NCBI GenBank assembly: GCA_045597895.1
Contig: JAZLLA010000053.1
Location: 24,988-88,987, forward strand
From: Candidatus Cryptobacteroides sp.
GTDB taxonomy: Bacteria > Bacteroidota > Bacteroidia > Bacteroidales > UBA932
DNA length: 64,000 nt
Direction: 5' to 3'
The notes under the pieces are model-generated. The model worked only from the letters and a program-made list of their open reading frames with translations, had not been told where the DNA came from and ran no database searches. The position numbers were made by a program, and so were the translations under genes. This document shows, piece by piece, positions 37,716-48,700 of the stretch (position 1 is the first letter of the stretch; every line of letters starts with the position of its first letter).

Positions 37716-40700
37716 ATGAAAAACGCATTATTACTTCTCGCTTCCGCAGCGTTGCTCCTCGTGGGCTGTGCGAAGGAACCGGTTTCAGAGCAGGGCGGTG
37801 GGCTGACGGCAGTCACCTTTACTGCCGGATTCGAAAATGCAGCCGCTACGAGGGCGATTGCCGATAATGACGGCAACGGCGCAAATGTCACCCGCTGCAT
37901 TATGGAGATTTACTATGGAGATCAGCTCTACAAGCGCCTCGTGCAGCCTGTGTCCGCCCAGAAGGCGACATTCTCGGATGTTCCTGTAGTCGCAGGAAAG
38001 AAGTATCGCATTCTTTTCTGGGCCGACTGCGGCGACGGCCTTGAAGACAAGTACTTCGATGCTGATAACCTCAAGTCTGTCAAGCTCAAAAAGGATGCAT
38101 TCCTGACTGCGCTTAAGAGTAAGAACAATGACAAACTTGACGCATTCTTCTTCAGTGACGACTATACCGTGCCTCAGGGCGGCGGCAGTTACGATGCCAC
38201 TCTCACGCGTCCTTTCGCCCAGCTGAACATCATCACCACCGATGTGGGTGCAGACAACACCGTAACAGGCATCGACCTTCTTCCGGAGAAGGTTTCTGTC
38301 AGCTACACCGGGGCCAAAGAGATCAATGTCGCCACAGGCGAAGTGTCCGGCTCAGAGGCTTACGCATATGAGGCCTCCGTTTACGGCGAGTGGGCGACAG
38401 TAACTCCTACCCACAAGGAACTGACTCTCTCCATGGACTACATCCTCGCACCGGCAGAGAAGTCAATGATAGACGTGACCTTCAAGACAAAGAACGGTGA
38501 TGCGGTTGTGATGAACCACAGCCTGACCAATCTCCCTTGCCAGCGCAACTACCGCACCAACGTCAAGGGACAGCTCCTTACCGTCGGCGGCACCTGGACT
38601 GCAACGGTAACTCCGGACTGGACCGACTCTCGCAATGTCAACCTCAGGGAGGTGGAAGGCATAACCTCTCTCAACGAGGTGCTCGCTGTCGGCGCCAACG
38701 ACATTAAGGTCACTTTGCCTGCTACGTCTGACGGCTCGAAGGTTACCTTCACTTCTGTCAATAACCTTCAGGATATTGTCCTCAGCTTTGCGGGTTCAGG
38801 CCAGACAGTAACATTTACCAATGCTGACGGAGCGGCAGGCCCTAAGTCTCTGACTATCACCGCGCCGGAGGGCACCAGCCTTGTCTTCGAAAAGCCGCAG
38901 CAACACGTTGTCATCAACGGCACAAGCTATGATACCATTCAGGGTGCCTTCTCCGCCAACACCCTCGTCATCAGCGAAGGTGTGACTGTCGGGACCATCA
39001 AAATCACCGCCGGCGGACTTGAGATTCACGGAACTGTCAATACTATCGGCGAAGGCCTCACAAAAGATGTCAAGGTCCGCGAATGCGAAGACCTCAGCAC
39101 AAGCGTTTACAACGCGCTCAAGAATTACATCGACGCCCCTCAATACAAAGCTGTGCAGAACGGCGACAAATGGGATATCGTTGCTGCCGACAAGACCGCT
39201 ATGATAGGTGAGAACGTTTATTACAACATCACCGACGCATTGACAGCAGCCCAAAGTGGGCAGACCATAAAGCTTCTGATAGATCTTTCAGATACAGGTG
39301 TGATGAACCTCCCTGCGGGTGTCACCTTCGATGGCGACGGCCATCAGATTACCGGCGCTTCACCGATATATATCGCTGCTCAAGGCGGCACAGTGAAGAA
39401 CGTAGTCTTCAAGAATCTTCACAATGACAGCAACAAGCAGTCAGCTGCCTATGCCCAATCCCTTGCAGGCAAGGCCGAAATCTCCGGTTGTACTTTCGAT
39501 ATTTCCGACTGGGATGCCATCCAGATTACCACAAACTCTTCAAATGCCGAAATCGTCATCAAGGACAATGAGTTCAAGGCTGTTGATAAGACCGACAAGC
39601 AGAACCGCTTCATCCATATTCAGACAGACAACTATTCCAATGTTGATCTGAAGGCCGAAATTACAGGCAACAAGTTCTCAGGCATATACAACCTTCAGAA
39701 TGCTGCAATCGAGCTATATTGCCCGACCGATTTCAACAAGGTCAACATCTCAGGCAACTACCTTGACGGCAACAAGATTTCCGTATGTATAGCCAACAAG
39801 GAAAACGGTGCCTGGACAAATCATATTGAATCAGCCAAGAATTGGCTTGATGCAAACGGCCAGCCCGTAGCAATCAATGCTGCCATCAGAGCTGACGAAG
39901 CTGCAGAAAACATACTTCTCTGCACCACCCTTGAAGTCGCTCTCGAGGAATCAGCAAATTGGGCCGGCAGCCTCTGCATTCTGAACGAAACAGCTCTGCG
40001 CGAACTCTCAACCCTCGTGAATGGCGGAACCACTTTCGCGGGAAAGAAAGTTTCCCTTGTCAATGACATTGACCTCAAGAGCGTTCCTTTTACCCCGATT
40101 GGAAATGTTTCTTCTTATCCATCGGCTTCTTTTGCAGGAATTTTCGATGGAATGAACCACACTATCTCTAACCTTAAATGTACGGATAATACTCCAAATC
40201 ACGCTTGTGCCGCTTTGTTCGGAAGCATTTCTGGTAATAGCACAAGCGACTCGGGAACTGTTAAAAACTTGACGCTCAAGAATGTTGAAATAACAAGCAG
40301 CCATTATGCAGGTGGAATTGTCGCATACAGTTCTGCAAGTCCGCTTGTCATAGAGAATTGCAACATCAATGGAGGTACAATCACTTCAAGTCCTGAGTTG
40401 ATTGGAAGTACATTTGACAATGGTGATAAGGTTGGTGGCATTTTGGGTTATGCTGGTCAAGGAGGCAGTATTACAAACTGCGGAGTTCAGAACCTGACCA
40501 TTAAGGCATATCGTGACCTTGGAGGAATCGTGGGATATAACAAAAACAATATCAGCAATTGTTCAGTTGCAAACTGTGTTATTATCCAAGATAATACCAA
40601 TGCATATAAAAATGATGACATCACTACCTTTGGCGAAATAGTCGGCAATCAGGAAGTTGGAGAGTTGTCCAACAATACATACGACAACGTTATTATCAAA

Positions 40701-41528
40701 CGTATTCTCGCCGACGGTCTCATTTATACCAAAAACGCGAAGCTCTATGAGGTTTCCAAGGTGCCGGGTCTGCTTTATTTCCGTTATATGGTTACTGGCG
40801 GCAACACCTTTGCCGGCCAGACGGTGAAACTGTTGGAAGACCTCAACCTTGCATCCATTGACAATTATATTGGAACCAAGGGTAAATTCAGCGGCACCTT
40901 CGATGGTAACGGAAAAACAATCTCCAATCTAAAAATTTCAGGTGAGGCCAACAGCACTGCATTTTTCGGTAGTGTGTGGGAAGCAAACATCAAGGATCTC
41001 ACAATTTCAGGCGCCAATGTAACAAGCACCGGTGCAGACTACACAGGCATCCTTGCCGGCAATGGTTATGCTCATTTCGACAATTGTACTGTCAGCGGCA
41101 CCGTTTCAGGCGTAGAGCAGGTGGGTGCCATCATAGGATATCTCTCTTGCGGCCACATTAAGAATTGCAAGGTTGATGCTACAGTAAGTGGAACTTCACG
41201 TGTCGGTGTTCTTGCCGCTAAAGCAAATGTGGACAGTTCTTATGAGATTGAAGGTAACATCATAAAAGGCTCTGCAACTTCAGGGGATATCTATGCTGGA
41301 GGTGTTGTAGGCCAGATTATGTGCGGAACCGGAAAAGTATGGACCATCAAGAACAACTGCATTGATGCCACAGTCAGCAACGGTGGTTCTTTGATTGGCA
41401 ATGTCCGCAGCGGACAATGGGATGCCTTCCTAGCCGGTTATCAGGAGAACGTCACAGGTAACACCTGGACAGCATCAGGTAACTGCAAGATTACCGACGG
41501 TACAAATTCAGTAACAATCACTAAATAA
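37716..41528 (+). CDS. giant surface lipoprotein P4: type V pilin-fold base, conserved linker module, beta-helix-like region and two GLUG-type repeat modules
   Basis: Cys18 lipobox LLLVGC and Arg46 in ATRAIAD. Motifs FWAD, DAFF, LTRPFAQLNIITTD, MDYILA and QRNYRTNVKG in the first ~300 aa. Then ITAPEGTSLVFE...LEIHGTVN, the cap-like AMIGENVYYNITDALTAAQSGQTIKL, and repeated F.G.FDG.(N/G).TISNL plus GGIVAY/GGILGY/GGIVGY/GAIIGY strings. Confidence 0.6.
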   Translation: MKNALLLLASAALLLVGCAKEPVSEQGGGLTAVTFTAGFENAAATRAIADNDGNGANVTRCIMEIYYGDQLYKRLVQPVSAQKATFSDVPVVAGKKYRILFWADCGDGLEDKYFDADNLKSVKLKKDAFLTALKSKNNDKLDAFFFSDDYTVPQGGGSYDATLTRPFAQLNIITTDVGADNTVTGIDLLPEKVSVSYTGAKEINVATGEVSGSEAYAYEASVYGEWATVTPTHKELTLSMDYILAPAEKSMIDVTFKTKNGDAVVMNHSLTNLPCQRNYRTNVKGQLLTVGGTWTATVTPDWTDSRNVNLREVEGITSLNEVLAVGANDIKVTLPATSDGSKVTFTSVNNLQDIVLSFAGSGQTVTFTNADGAAGPKSLTITAPEGTSLVFEKPQQHVVINGTSYDTIQGAFSANTLVISEGVTVGTIKITAGGLEIHGTVNTIGEGLTKDVKVRECEDLSTSVYNALKNYIDAPQYKAVQNGDKWDIVAADKTAMIGENVYYNITDALTAAQSGQTIKLLIDLSDTGVMNLPAGVTFDGDGHQITGASPIYIAAQGGTVKNVVFKNLHNDSNKQSAAYAQSLAGKAEISGCTFDISDWDAIQITTNSSNAEIVIKDNEFKAVDKTDKQNRFIHIQTDNYSNVDLKAEITGNKFSGIYNLQNAAIELYCPTDFNKVNISGNYLDGNKISVCIANKENGAWTNHIESAKNWLDANGQPVAINAAIRADEAAENILLCTTLEVALEESANWAGSLCILNETALRELSTLVNGGTTFAGKKVSLVNDIDLKSVPFTPIGNVSSYPSASFAGIFDGMNHTISNLKCTDNTPNHACAALFGSISGNSTSDSGTVKNLTLKNVEITSSHYAGGIVAYSSASPLVIENCNINGGTITSSPELIGSTFDNGDKVGGILGYAGQGGSITNCGVQNLTIKAYRDLGGIVGYNKNNISNCSVANCVIIQDNTNAYKNDDITTFGEIVGNQEVGELSNNTYDNVIIKRILADGLIYTKNAKLYEVSKVPGLLYFRYMVTGGNTFAGQTVKLLEDLNLASIDNYIGTKGKFSGTFDGNGKTISNLKISGEANSTAFFGSVWEANIKDLTISGANVTSTGADYTGILAGNGYAHFDNCTVSGTVSGVEQVGAIIGYLSCGHIKNCKVDATVSGTSRVGVLAAKANVDSSYEIEGNIIKGSATSGDIYAGGVVGQIMCGTGKVWTIKNNCIDATVSNGGSLIGNVRSGQWDAFLAGYQENVTGNTWTASGNCKITDGTNSVTITK

Positions 41529-41537
41529 AATAAGACT

Positions 41538-44500
41538 ATGAAAAAAGTTTTTTTTCTTCTCGCTTCTGCAGCGCTTCTCATCGTGGGCTGCAACAAGGAG
41601 CAAATGTCCAATGGCACGGACGGCGGAATGATCACCGCCACCTTTACCGCCAATCTTGAAAGCGGAGTCGCCACCAGGGCTGTCGCTGACGGCGATGGTG
41701 CTGCTGCCAATGTCAACCGCTGTATTATGGAAATCTACTACGGTGATGCCCTCTATGCAAGGCAGATTGCCAAGGTTACGGACAAGCAGGCCACCTTTAA
41801 TGCTCAGGTAGTATCCAACAGAGGCTACACTGTTGCATTCTGGGCGGACCGCGTCGACGATGCAACTTCCGATACTGGTCTTGCAGCTGACAAGTATTAC
41901 AATACAGCATCTCTTAAGGAGATTACCTTCAAGAGCTCCTATGTCGGCAACGACGATGCACGTGATGCGTTCTTCGTATGCGAACCTTTCACGGTTAAGC
42001 AGACAGGAGGTGCATTCTCTGCAACGCTCAAGCGTCCGTTCGCCCAGATGAACGTCATCACCACCGATTGGGACAAGGTTACTACTGTAGAAGCCCTCAT
42101 ACCTGAGAAAGTGCAGGTCATCCTCAAGAACCCTATGGTCAAGTTCAACGCCGTTACCGGCGAGGCGTCTGCTGACGCGAACACTCCTTCCTTGACCTAT
42201 ACTGCAGCTGTTTACACTGCACCTGTTCCTGAAGAGCCCGTATCTACAACCGAAAAGACCCTCTCAATGGATTATCTCTTCGCTTCTGCAGATAAAGCCG
42301 TCATCGACATCGACTGGAAGGCCCTCCACGGCAGCGATACCGATGTAGAGCACACTTTCGCAGCAGTTCCTTACCAGCGCAACTACCGCACCAACATCAA
42401 GGGAGCCCTCCTTACAACCCAGGGCCAGTGGACAGTAGAGATTGATCCGCTTTGGGATTCACTCAATGACGGAAGCAAGGATATCAATGTTTACTACACA
42501 ACGGTAAATGAGGCTTCTGAAGTCAAAGGTGTTATCGAGGACAAGAAAGAAGATACAACCAAGGACGGACAGCCGATTTCCGTGACCATCAACAATGAAG
42601 TCGGAGGCCCGACCAACGACGATATCATCATTCCTGACAATACTCCTAAGGAAAAAACTCCTGAAATTATCCTAGACTTCAAGAAATTGTCGGCCGGTGC
42701 TCAGATTGTGATTCGTGACGAAGAGCATCCGAGAGATGCGGATGATGCTGCAAATGGTGCCAAAGAGTATGAAGGCGAAGTTGTAGTAATCGTACCTGAA
42801 GGAACCACTGCAACTCAGGTGAAGATTCTCACCAGCAAGTCAACCGTCACCGTACGTGGTGAGTATGGCACCGTTATCGCTTCTTGCGCACCTCAGACCA
42901 TTATCGTTGAGAAGGAAACCGTTATCGAAACTCTCGAAGTGATGAAGGGTAATGTGGAAGTTTACGGAAGGGTTAATTCTATTGTCAATAAAACTGCTGA
43001 GACAGAAGATGCTAAAGAATTAGTCTATGTTTACCTCTTCCAGGGTTCTACCTGGACGAAAGTTGAGACAGAAAAGAATGAGAAACTCGTTCCTCTTTAC
43101 CCTGTAGCCAAAGTTGGAGATAATATCTATTTCTCTGTCAAAGAGGCTCTTGCAGCTGTAAAGGCTGGTGATGTACTCACTCTGGTTTCAGATGCCACAC
43201 TTGATAAGAAACTTGTCATCAACGGTGGCAAGGACTTCACCCTTGACCTTGGTGGAAAGACCCTCACCGGTCGTGTAAATGTTGACGGCGCCAAATTGGT
43301 TGTGAAGAACGGTACAATCAATGCCGGTTCCTTCAATCAGGCATTGAACGTATACGGCTCAAAGGACCCTCAGTATAAGGATGGTATTTATTCATATGTG
43401 AAAGTTGAAAGCGATGTCATCCTTGACGGTGCAGTTTGCGCTCTTGGCATAATGAGCGTCAATGGAGATACATATTATCCTCTTGCATATGGTGTAAAGG
43501 TTGATTTCTATGGAAAGGCTTTGAACGTTCCTGCACAGGTAAGTGGGAACATTGGATTTGACAATTACAAGGCTAATATAGGCAATATTGACATTTCTGC
43601 CAATCTTCCTGCCGGAATCAGTGCTCCGAGCAAGGCGATGAGCCTCTACGGTCCCGTTGTAAACATTTATGGAGAAATGAGAAGCACTTATGCTCAAGAA
43701 GAGTGCCAGGCATTCATTCTAAGCGGCATGGCCCGCGTTAACGTTTATGATGGTGCATACATTGAGGGGGCTGAGGGCTTTGCAATGAAGTCCGGCAACT
43801 TGCACGTATATGGTGGAACCATCAAATCCAATGGCTCAAAAATAGATCCTGTCCAGGCTGTGAACAGCGGAGCCGAGGCATCAGGTGCTGCTATTTCAAT
43901 CACCAGCTACTATACTCACGATTTGTTTGAAGATAGGGCAAAAATACAGGTAAACATTGAAGGTGGTGAAATCCTGGCAGATAATAATGCCGCCCTTCTT
44001 GTGACACATTCTTATGCGGAATCCAAGCCTGTTGCCCTCAAGCAGGGTGTTGATCTTGCTATCAACGGAGGAAAGTTCACCAGCGGTTCAGGCATCCCTG
44101 TTATTTTTATCGACAATGCTGCAGAAGGCGACGCATTTGCAATGCCTGCCAAATTCATCTCCGGTGGCCAGTACAACAAGGCTCCTGAAGCCGGCTACAT
44201 TGCAGATGGCAAGAAAGCCGAACAGGATACTCATGGAAATTGGGAGATTGTGATGGATGAGCTCGCAACTGTCAATGGTATTAAATATGCTACTGTTCAA
44301 GAAGCCATTGAGGCAGCCAATACAGGTGATGTCATCAATGTCTATGGAACAACAAATTTCACCAAGTCTGATGACGGTTTCTGCTATGTCGATGCTACCA
44401 ACAAAACAGGACGACTCGTGCTTGTGGAACTTGTCAATGAAGGAAGCCCTACAACAAACGCTTCGCTGAAGGTAAATACTGCTCCTGCTGTAAATTCAAT

Positions 44501-45200
44501 GACATTCCAGACATTGTGGCTGGGCAGTGCAAGTCGTCTTGACGCTCCCGGCTCGTATCTGAAGAGTGGTGATGTGCTGGTGTTGCCAGCAAAGACTATG
44601 TACCTCAATAATGGCCCTATATATGATATGTATGGCGATATAACATTATTGGGAAAGAAAGGGAAAACTGTAATTAAACCGTGGGGAAGCCCTTCTTCGA
44701 AAGCACGTTTCTTCCGTCTGTATAATCGTTATAAAGCGAATATTGAAAATAAGATTATTTATCATTTCAATTTCAGAAATGTAACTTTTGACGGGGAACT
44801 GAAAAATAATGGTGAGAATCTGTTTATCGTAACTTGCTACAACATACAGATTAATATGGATGGTTGTACTGTTAAGAATTTCCCTGGAAGTGTCTTCAGC
44901 ATTTGGGCAAATGATGCTCTTAGTGATTCTTCATTCCCTACTAGAGAAGATAATGCTGGTGTTGAAGTAAATATCACCAATTCCACATTGACAGGAAACG
45001 GACGGCTGGTTAGATATGATTGCATACCAACTCAGTCAGATGTTAGCGCAAGTCTTAATAAGTATGGATTCATCCACGTGAATTATGATGCAAACTCTGT
45101 AGTGAATTGTACGGAAATGTACAATTTCAACGAAGTCACCGCCAAGGGTCAAGGCAACTGTCTCTTGAATGGTGTTGATGTTAGACCTGCAGATAACTAA
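41538..45200 (+). CDS. giant surface lipoprotein P5: pilin-fold base, conserved linker module and two beta-helix-like head modules
   Basis: Cys18 LLIVGC and Arg47 in ATRAVAD. Motifs FWAD, DAFF, LKRPFAQMNVITTD, MDYLFA and QRNYRTNIKG. Then the cap-like AKVGDNIYFSVKEALAAVKAGDVLTL and ATVNGIKYATVQEAIEAANTGDVINV. Module end GYIADGKKAEQDTHGNWEIV. Confidence 0.6.
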   Translation: MKKVFFLLASAALLIVGCNKEQMSNGTDGGMITATFTANLESGVATRAVADGDGAAANVNRCIMEIYYGDALYARQIAKVTDKQATFNAQVVSNRGYTVAFWADRVDDATSDTGLAADKYYNTASLKEITFKSSYVGNDDARDAFFVCEPFTVKQTGGAFSATLKRPFAQMNVITTDWDKVTTVEALIPEKVQVILKNPMVKFNAVTGEASADANTPSLTYTAAVYTAPVPEEPVSTTEKTLSMDYLFASADKAVIDIDWKALHGSDTDVEHTFAAVPYQRNYRTNIKGALLTTQGQWTVEIDPLWDSLNDGSKDINVYYTTVNEASEVKGVIEDKKEDTTKDGQPISVTINNEVGGPTNDDIIIPDNTPKEKTPEIILDFKKLSAGAQIVIRDEEHPRDADDAANGAKEYEGEVVVIVPEGTTATQVKILTSKSTVTVRGEYGTVIASCAPQTIIVEKETVIETLEVMKGNVEVYGRVNSIVNKTAETEDAKELVYVYLFQGSTWTKVETEKNEKLVPLYPVAKVGDNIYFSVKEALAAVKAGDVLTLVSDATLDKKLVINGGKDFTLDLGGKTLTGRVNVDGAKLVVKNGTINAGSFNQALNVYGSKDPQYKDGIYSYVKVESDVILDGAVCALGIMSVNGDTYYPLAYGVKVDFYGKALNVPAQVSGNIGFDNYKANIGNIDISANLPAGISAPSKAMSLYGPVVNIYGEMRSTYAQEECQAFILSGMARVNVYDGAYIEGAEGFAMKSGNLHVYGGTIKSNGSKIDPVQAVNSGAEASGAAISITSYYTHDLFEDRAKIQVNIEGGEILADNNAALLVTHSYAESKPVALKQGVDLAINGGKFTSGSGIPVIFIDNAAEGDAFAMPAKFISGGQYNKAPEAGYIADGKKAEQDTHGNWEIVMDELATVNGIKYATVQEAIEAANTGDVINVYGTTNFTKSDDGFCYVDATNKTGRLVLVELVNEGSPTTNASLKVNTAPAVNSMTFQTLWLGSASRLDAPGSYLKSGDVLVLPAKTMYLNNGPIYDMYGDITLLGKKGKTVIKPWGSPSSKARFFRLYNRYKANIENKIIYHFNFRNVTFDGELKNNGENLFIVTCYNIQINMDGCTVKNFPGSVFSIWANDALSDSSFPTREDNAGVEVNITNSTLTGNGRLVRYDCIPTQSDVSASLNKYGFIHVNYDANSVVNCTEMYNFNEVTAKGQGNCLLNGVDVRPADN

Positions 45201-45210
45201 CATAACTTTT

Positions 45211-45240
45211 TCCCGGGCGGGCCTGACCGCCCGACCGGGA
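45211..45240. repeat. GC-rich hairpin after P5 (member of a 3-copy intergenic hairpin family)
   Basis: TCCCGGGCGG GCCTGA CCGCCCG(AC)CGGGA: a 7-bp core stem plus an outer TCC/GGA. Related to 45715-45736 and 49382-49411. Confidence 0.6.
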
Positions 45241-45353
45241 TCCAAAGGAAACATAACAAATCAAATCAACAAAATAGCATGACCGGGCGTATCCATAACA
45301 TAACGAGAGCCACCTGCAGGCAAGCAGGCGGCTCCCGAACGGATGGGAAGAAG

Positions 45354-45698
45354 ATGGTTCAATTACCGTCTCCGGTAATGGGCTTTGACGTAAACCTTGC
45401 GGCCATTAACCACTCGGAAGTGGCCTCTGACACGGACCGGTTTGCGGCGAGACTCATCCTCACAGACTATCGTAAGGCGCTCTCTCGTGTTCTTAATTGT
45501 AAGGGCAATTTTCATAATATTGAAATTTTTAAGTCTGAGAACAAGGAGCGGCTTGAAATAGAGTACTCCATCCGTTTAGACAAAAACAGGACACCTATTC
45601 AAAATGAATCAAATGTCCTGTTGTACTTAGAGCACGAGAGCTTGCCTCCTCTCGACTTAAAATCGCCTTACGGGTGTAAAGGTATGAACAAATATTAA
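45354..45698 (+). CDS. orphan hypothetical ORF inside the 500-bp P5-P6 spacer (coding status doubtful)
   Basis: Open frame (139 aa from 45279, 114 aa from 45354) with no signal peptide and no motif I recognise. Its codon usage is A/T-ending, unlike its neighbours. Confidence 0.2.
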   Translation: MVQLPSPVMGFDVNLAAINHSEVASDTDRFAARLILTDYRKALSRVLNCKGNFHNIEIFKSENKERLEIEYSIRLDKNRTPIQNESNVLLYLEHESLPPLDLKSPYGCKGMNKY

Positions 45699-45714
45699 TA
45701 ATTCAAAATTTCCC

Positions 45715-45736
45715 CTTCCGGGCTTGACCGCCCGGG
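45715..45736. repeat. GC-rich hairpin (partial copy) before P6
   Basis: CCGGGC TTGACC GCCCGG followed by GAGCAAATAGAAA. The 16-nt core CGGGCtTGACCGCCCG repeats 45218-45233 exactly 500 bp upstream, with 1 mismatch. Confidence 0.6.
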
Positions 45737-45780
45737 AGCAAATAGAAAGAAAACAGATTATAGAAAACCAAAAAACGAAT

Positions 45781-48700
45781 ATGAAAAAAACTTTGTTACT
45801 TCTTGCTTCAGCAGCGCTTCTCATTGTGGGCTGCAACAAGGAACAGGTCGCAGAGAATGTGGCCGGTGAAGGTTTACAGACCGTAAGTTTCACCGTAGGT
45901 GTAGAATCAATTGCAACCAGAGCCGTTGATGACAATGACGGTAAAGCCGCTAACATCAACCAATGGGTGATACAGGTTATGGATTCGGATGGTGGAGTAT
46001 ATCATCATAAGGCAGAAAGCGGCGAATTGGGAAATACAACTCACACCTTCAATGTCCCTCTCGTCAAAGGCCAGACCTATAACATTCTTTTCTGGGCTGA
46101 TACCAAGGACAGTTATGTAGTTACAGACCTTCGCCAGGTAAAACGTTCTGAGAAAACATACCTCAAGGCAAACGCCGACAGCCTCGACGCTTTCAGTGCA
46201 GTGGTCAAGGATTTCTCCACCACTGTCGCCTCTAAGAAGGACATCACCCTCAAGCGCCCCTTCGCTCAGCTCAACGTCGTGTTCACAGACCTGAAGAAGC
46301 TGTATGAGACGATGAATAATTCTGATGAGTATGCAAAGTTCAAACCCGTTGACTTTGTTGCAAAGGCAAAGGTTCCTACAGAATTCAACGTGTTTACCCA
46401 GGAGGCCGGTGCCCCTGCAGAGACCGCTCTTGTAATGACAGCCGCTAAGGATTATCTTGGCAACTATACTTCCCATCGTGCCAAGGAGACTCTCTATATG
46501 GACTACATCTTTGCCTCCAAGGACACCAAGGACGTAGTTGACATCGACTTCTCCTTCGTGTCAAAGGGTGTTTCCATCGCACACAACTTCACATCCATAC
46601 CTTTCCAGCGCAACTTCCGCACCAACATCCTCGGTGAGTTCATGAGTGCAGGCGCCCAGTGGAATGTTAAGGTTGATCCTATCTGGTCAACTCCTGAATA
46701 TGATGTTCCGTTCCTTGCGGCTTCAACAATTGCTGAAGCTCAGAGCTATATTGCACCTGAAGCTGAAGGAACACAGACGTCAAAGGTCGTGGATCTTTCC
46801 AAAGCCACCATTACTGCGGAAGACATTGATGACGAAGATAATACAATCAAGTTTGAGTTGACGACCCATTCTCCTGCCGATATGGTCAACTTCACCCTTC
46901 CTGCAATCCCACAAGATGTTATCGATGCAGGTTGCACAGGTTGGAAGATTACTTACGAAGAAGGATATCCTACTAAGAATGTAAACGTAACCGCTCCTGA
47001 AGGAACTAATGTGACCATTGAAGCACCGGATTCGCATGTAACTCTGAATGGTACTGAGTATGAGCAGGTTACTGCCTCTACCGGTGACAAAACTCTTGTC
47101 GTTCCTGCAGGCGTAACTATTGATAAACTTATCGTCAAGAAGGGTGCCGTAGAGATCCACGGAACTGTCAACCACCTTACCGTTACCCCTGAAGAAGGTA
47201 AAGAAGTTGTCTTCCGCGCTTGCGAAGGCCTGAGCGCAGATGTATTTGCAGCCATCAAGGGAGAAGGTCACGACTATATCGATTATCCTATGTACACCTA
47301 CGAGCTTGTCGGTGAGAAATACAACATCTACAAACTCCCTGTAGTCGCTATGATCGGTGAGGCTGAGTATCCTTCAATCGCCGCAGCTCTTGCAGCTGTT
47401 CCTGCAGACAACACTGAGCTTGTTACCATCAAAGTGATGAGCGACGTGGCTATCAATTCAAGCTCTCTTGCAATCAACAAGAATAACGTCGTCCTCGATG
47501 GTCAGGGTCATACAATCGCTATCGATGAGACTGATGCCAGCCTTGATCCGTATCTTGTAGATGGAACTAGTAAGAGATATGGCAGTTTCCAGATGATTAA
47601 AGTATCAGGTAATGATGTTATTCTCAAGAATATGACTCTAGACAGCAGGAATTACCGTGGAGCTTCTCTTGCCACTACCTGTGGAGGCAAGAATGTTTCC
47701 TATGAGAACATTATCTACAAGGGCCTTGGTTCTGGGCACTATTATGGTTCTGCTGGCGGTGATGGTACTTTGAAATTCAAGAATTGTACATTCGAAACTC
47801 ACGGATATGCTATCCACACTGCAGAATGTCAATCTGTACTCGAAGTTTCAGACTGCGAAATCCATGGTTGGGTTTCCTATGGTGACAAAACAAAGAGTGC
47901 AACATTCACAAATACACACTTCTATTCAACTACGGATCAATACAATGGCGTTATTGCTACAATTCGTCCTTATTGCGCTACTACCTTTACCAATTGCACT
48001 TTCTCAAAAGAGTATTTGTCAAAATACAAATATGATGGCTTGACTGTAAGAAGCAATGTTGTTGTGTCTCTTAAAGGCTGTTCCGTTGAAGATGGCGAAC
48101 TTTGTGATATCGCCAACTTCACTGGCGATGATCCTTGGATTGACGGTGGCGTAATGGCTATCGATGCTACCGGCAACGCTACCAACGGCTTCACCGCAGG
48201 TACATTCGTAGCAAAGCAGGCAGAGGACATCAAGGTTTCATCCTTGTCAGAGTTGAAGACTGTTGAGGGAAAGCAGTATGTATATAAGGTTTCTGTTATT
48301 CCTGTTGCAAAGATAGGTGAAACTGAGTATGAAACCCTGCAGGCCGCTTTTGATGCCGTTCCTGACGGAACAAAAACCACTATCACTCTTATTGCCGATG
48401 CTAAGGCCGCAACTCTTGGAGACAAGAACAACATCGGAGCAAAGACTGTTATTCTCAACCTCAACGGCCACAGTATCACAGGCTATATGAGAGGCATCAC
48501 CGCTTTGACAGGCTCCACTTCTCTCGATGGTGCAACCCTGATCAACTATGCCAACCTCACCATCAATGGAGAGGGTACAATCGGTGATCTTGAAGGAGAT
48601 TATCATCACAATGCTCTTGTAAACATGTCTGATGGCACTAACCTAACAATTAATGGTGGAACATTTGTGGCAAAGAGCTGCTGCGTATACCACTATTCTG

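Noticed and set aside
41541-41555. A6-G-T8 homopolymer pair at codons 2-6 of P5, as a possible slipped-strand phase-variation switch
   Set aside because: The tracts are short and simply encode the Lys-Lys-Val-Phe-Phe signal-peptide start. Similar A-runs occur at most lipoprotein starts here. There is no evidence of length heterogeneity in a single sequence.
45279-45698. Retron or group II intron remnant in the P5-P6 spacer
   Set aside because: There is no RT ORF, no recognisable domain V-like hairpin, and only an 8-bp long-range complementarity (CTCTCGTG / CACGAGAG). It is kept only as an orphan segment in the findings.
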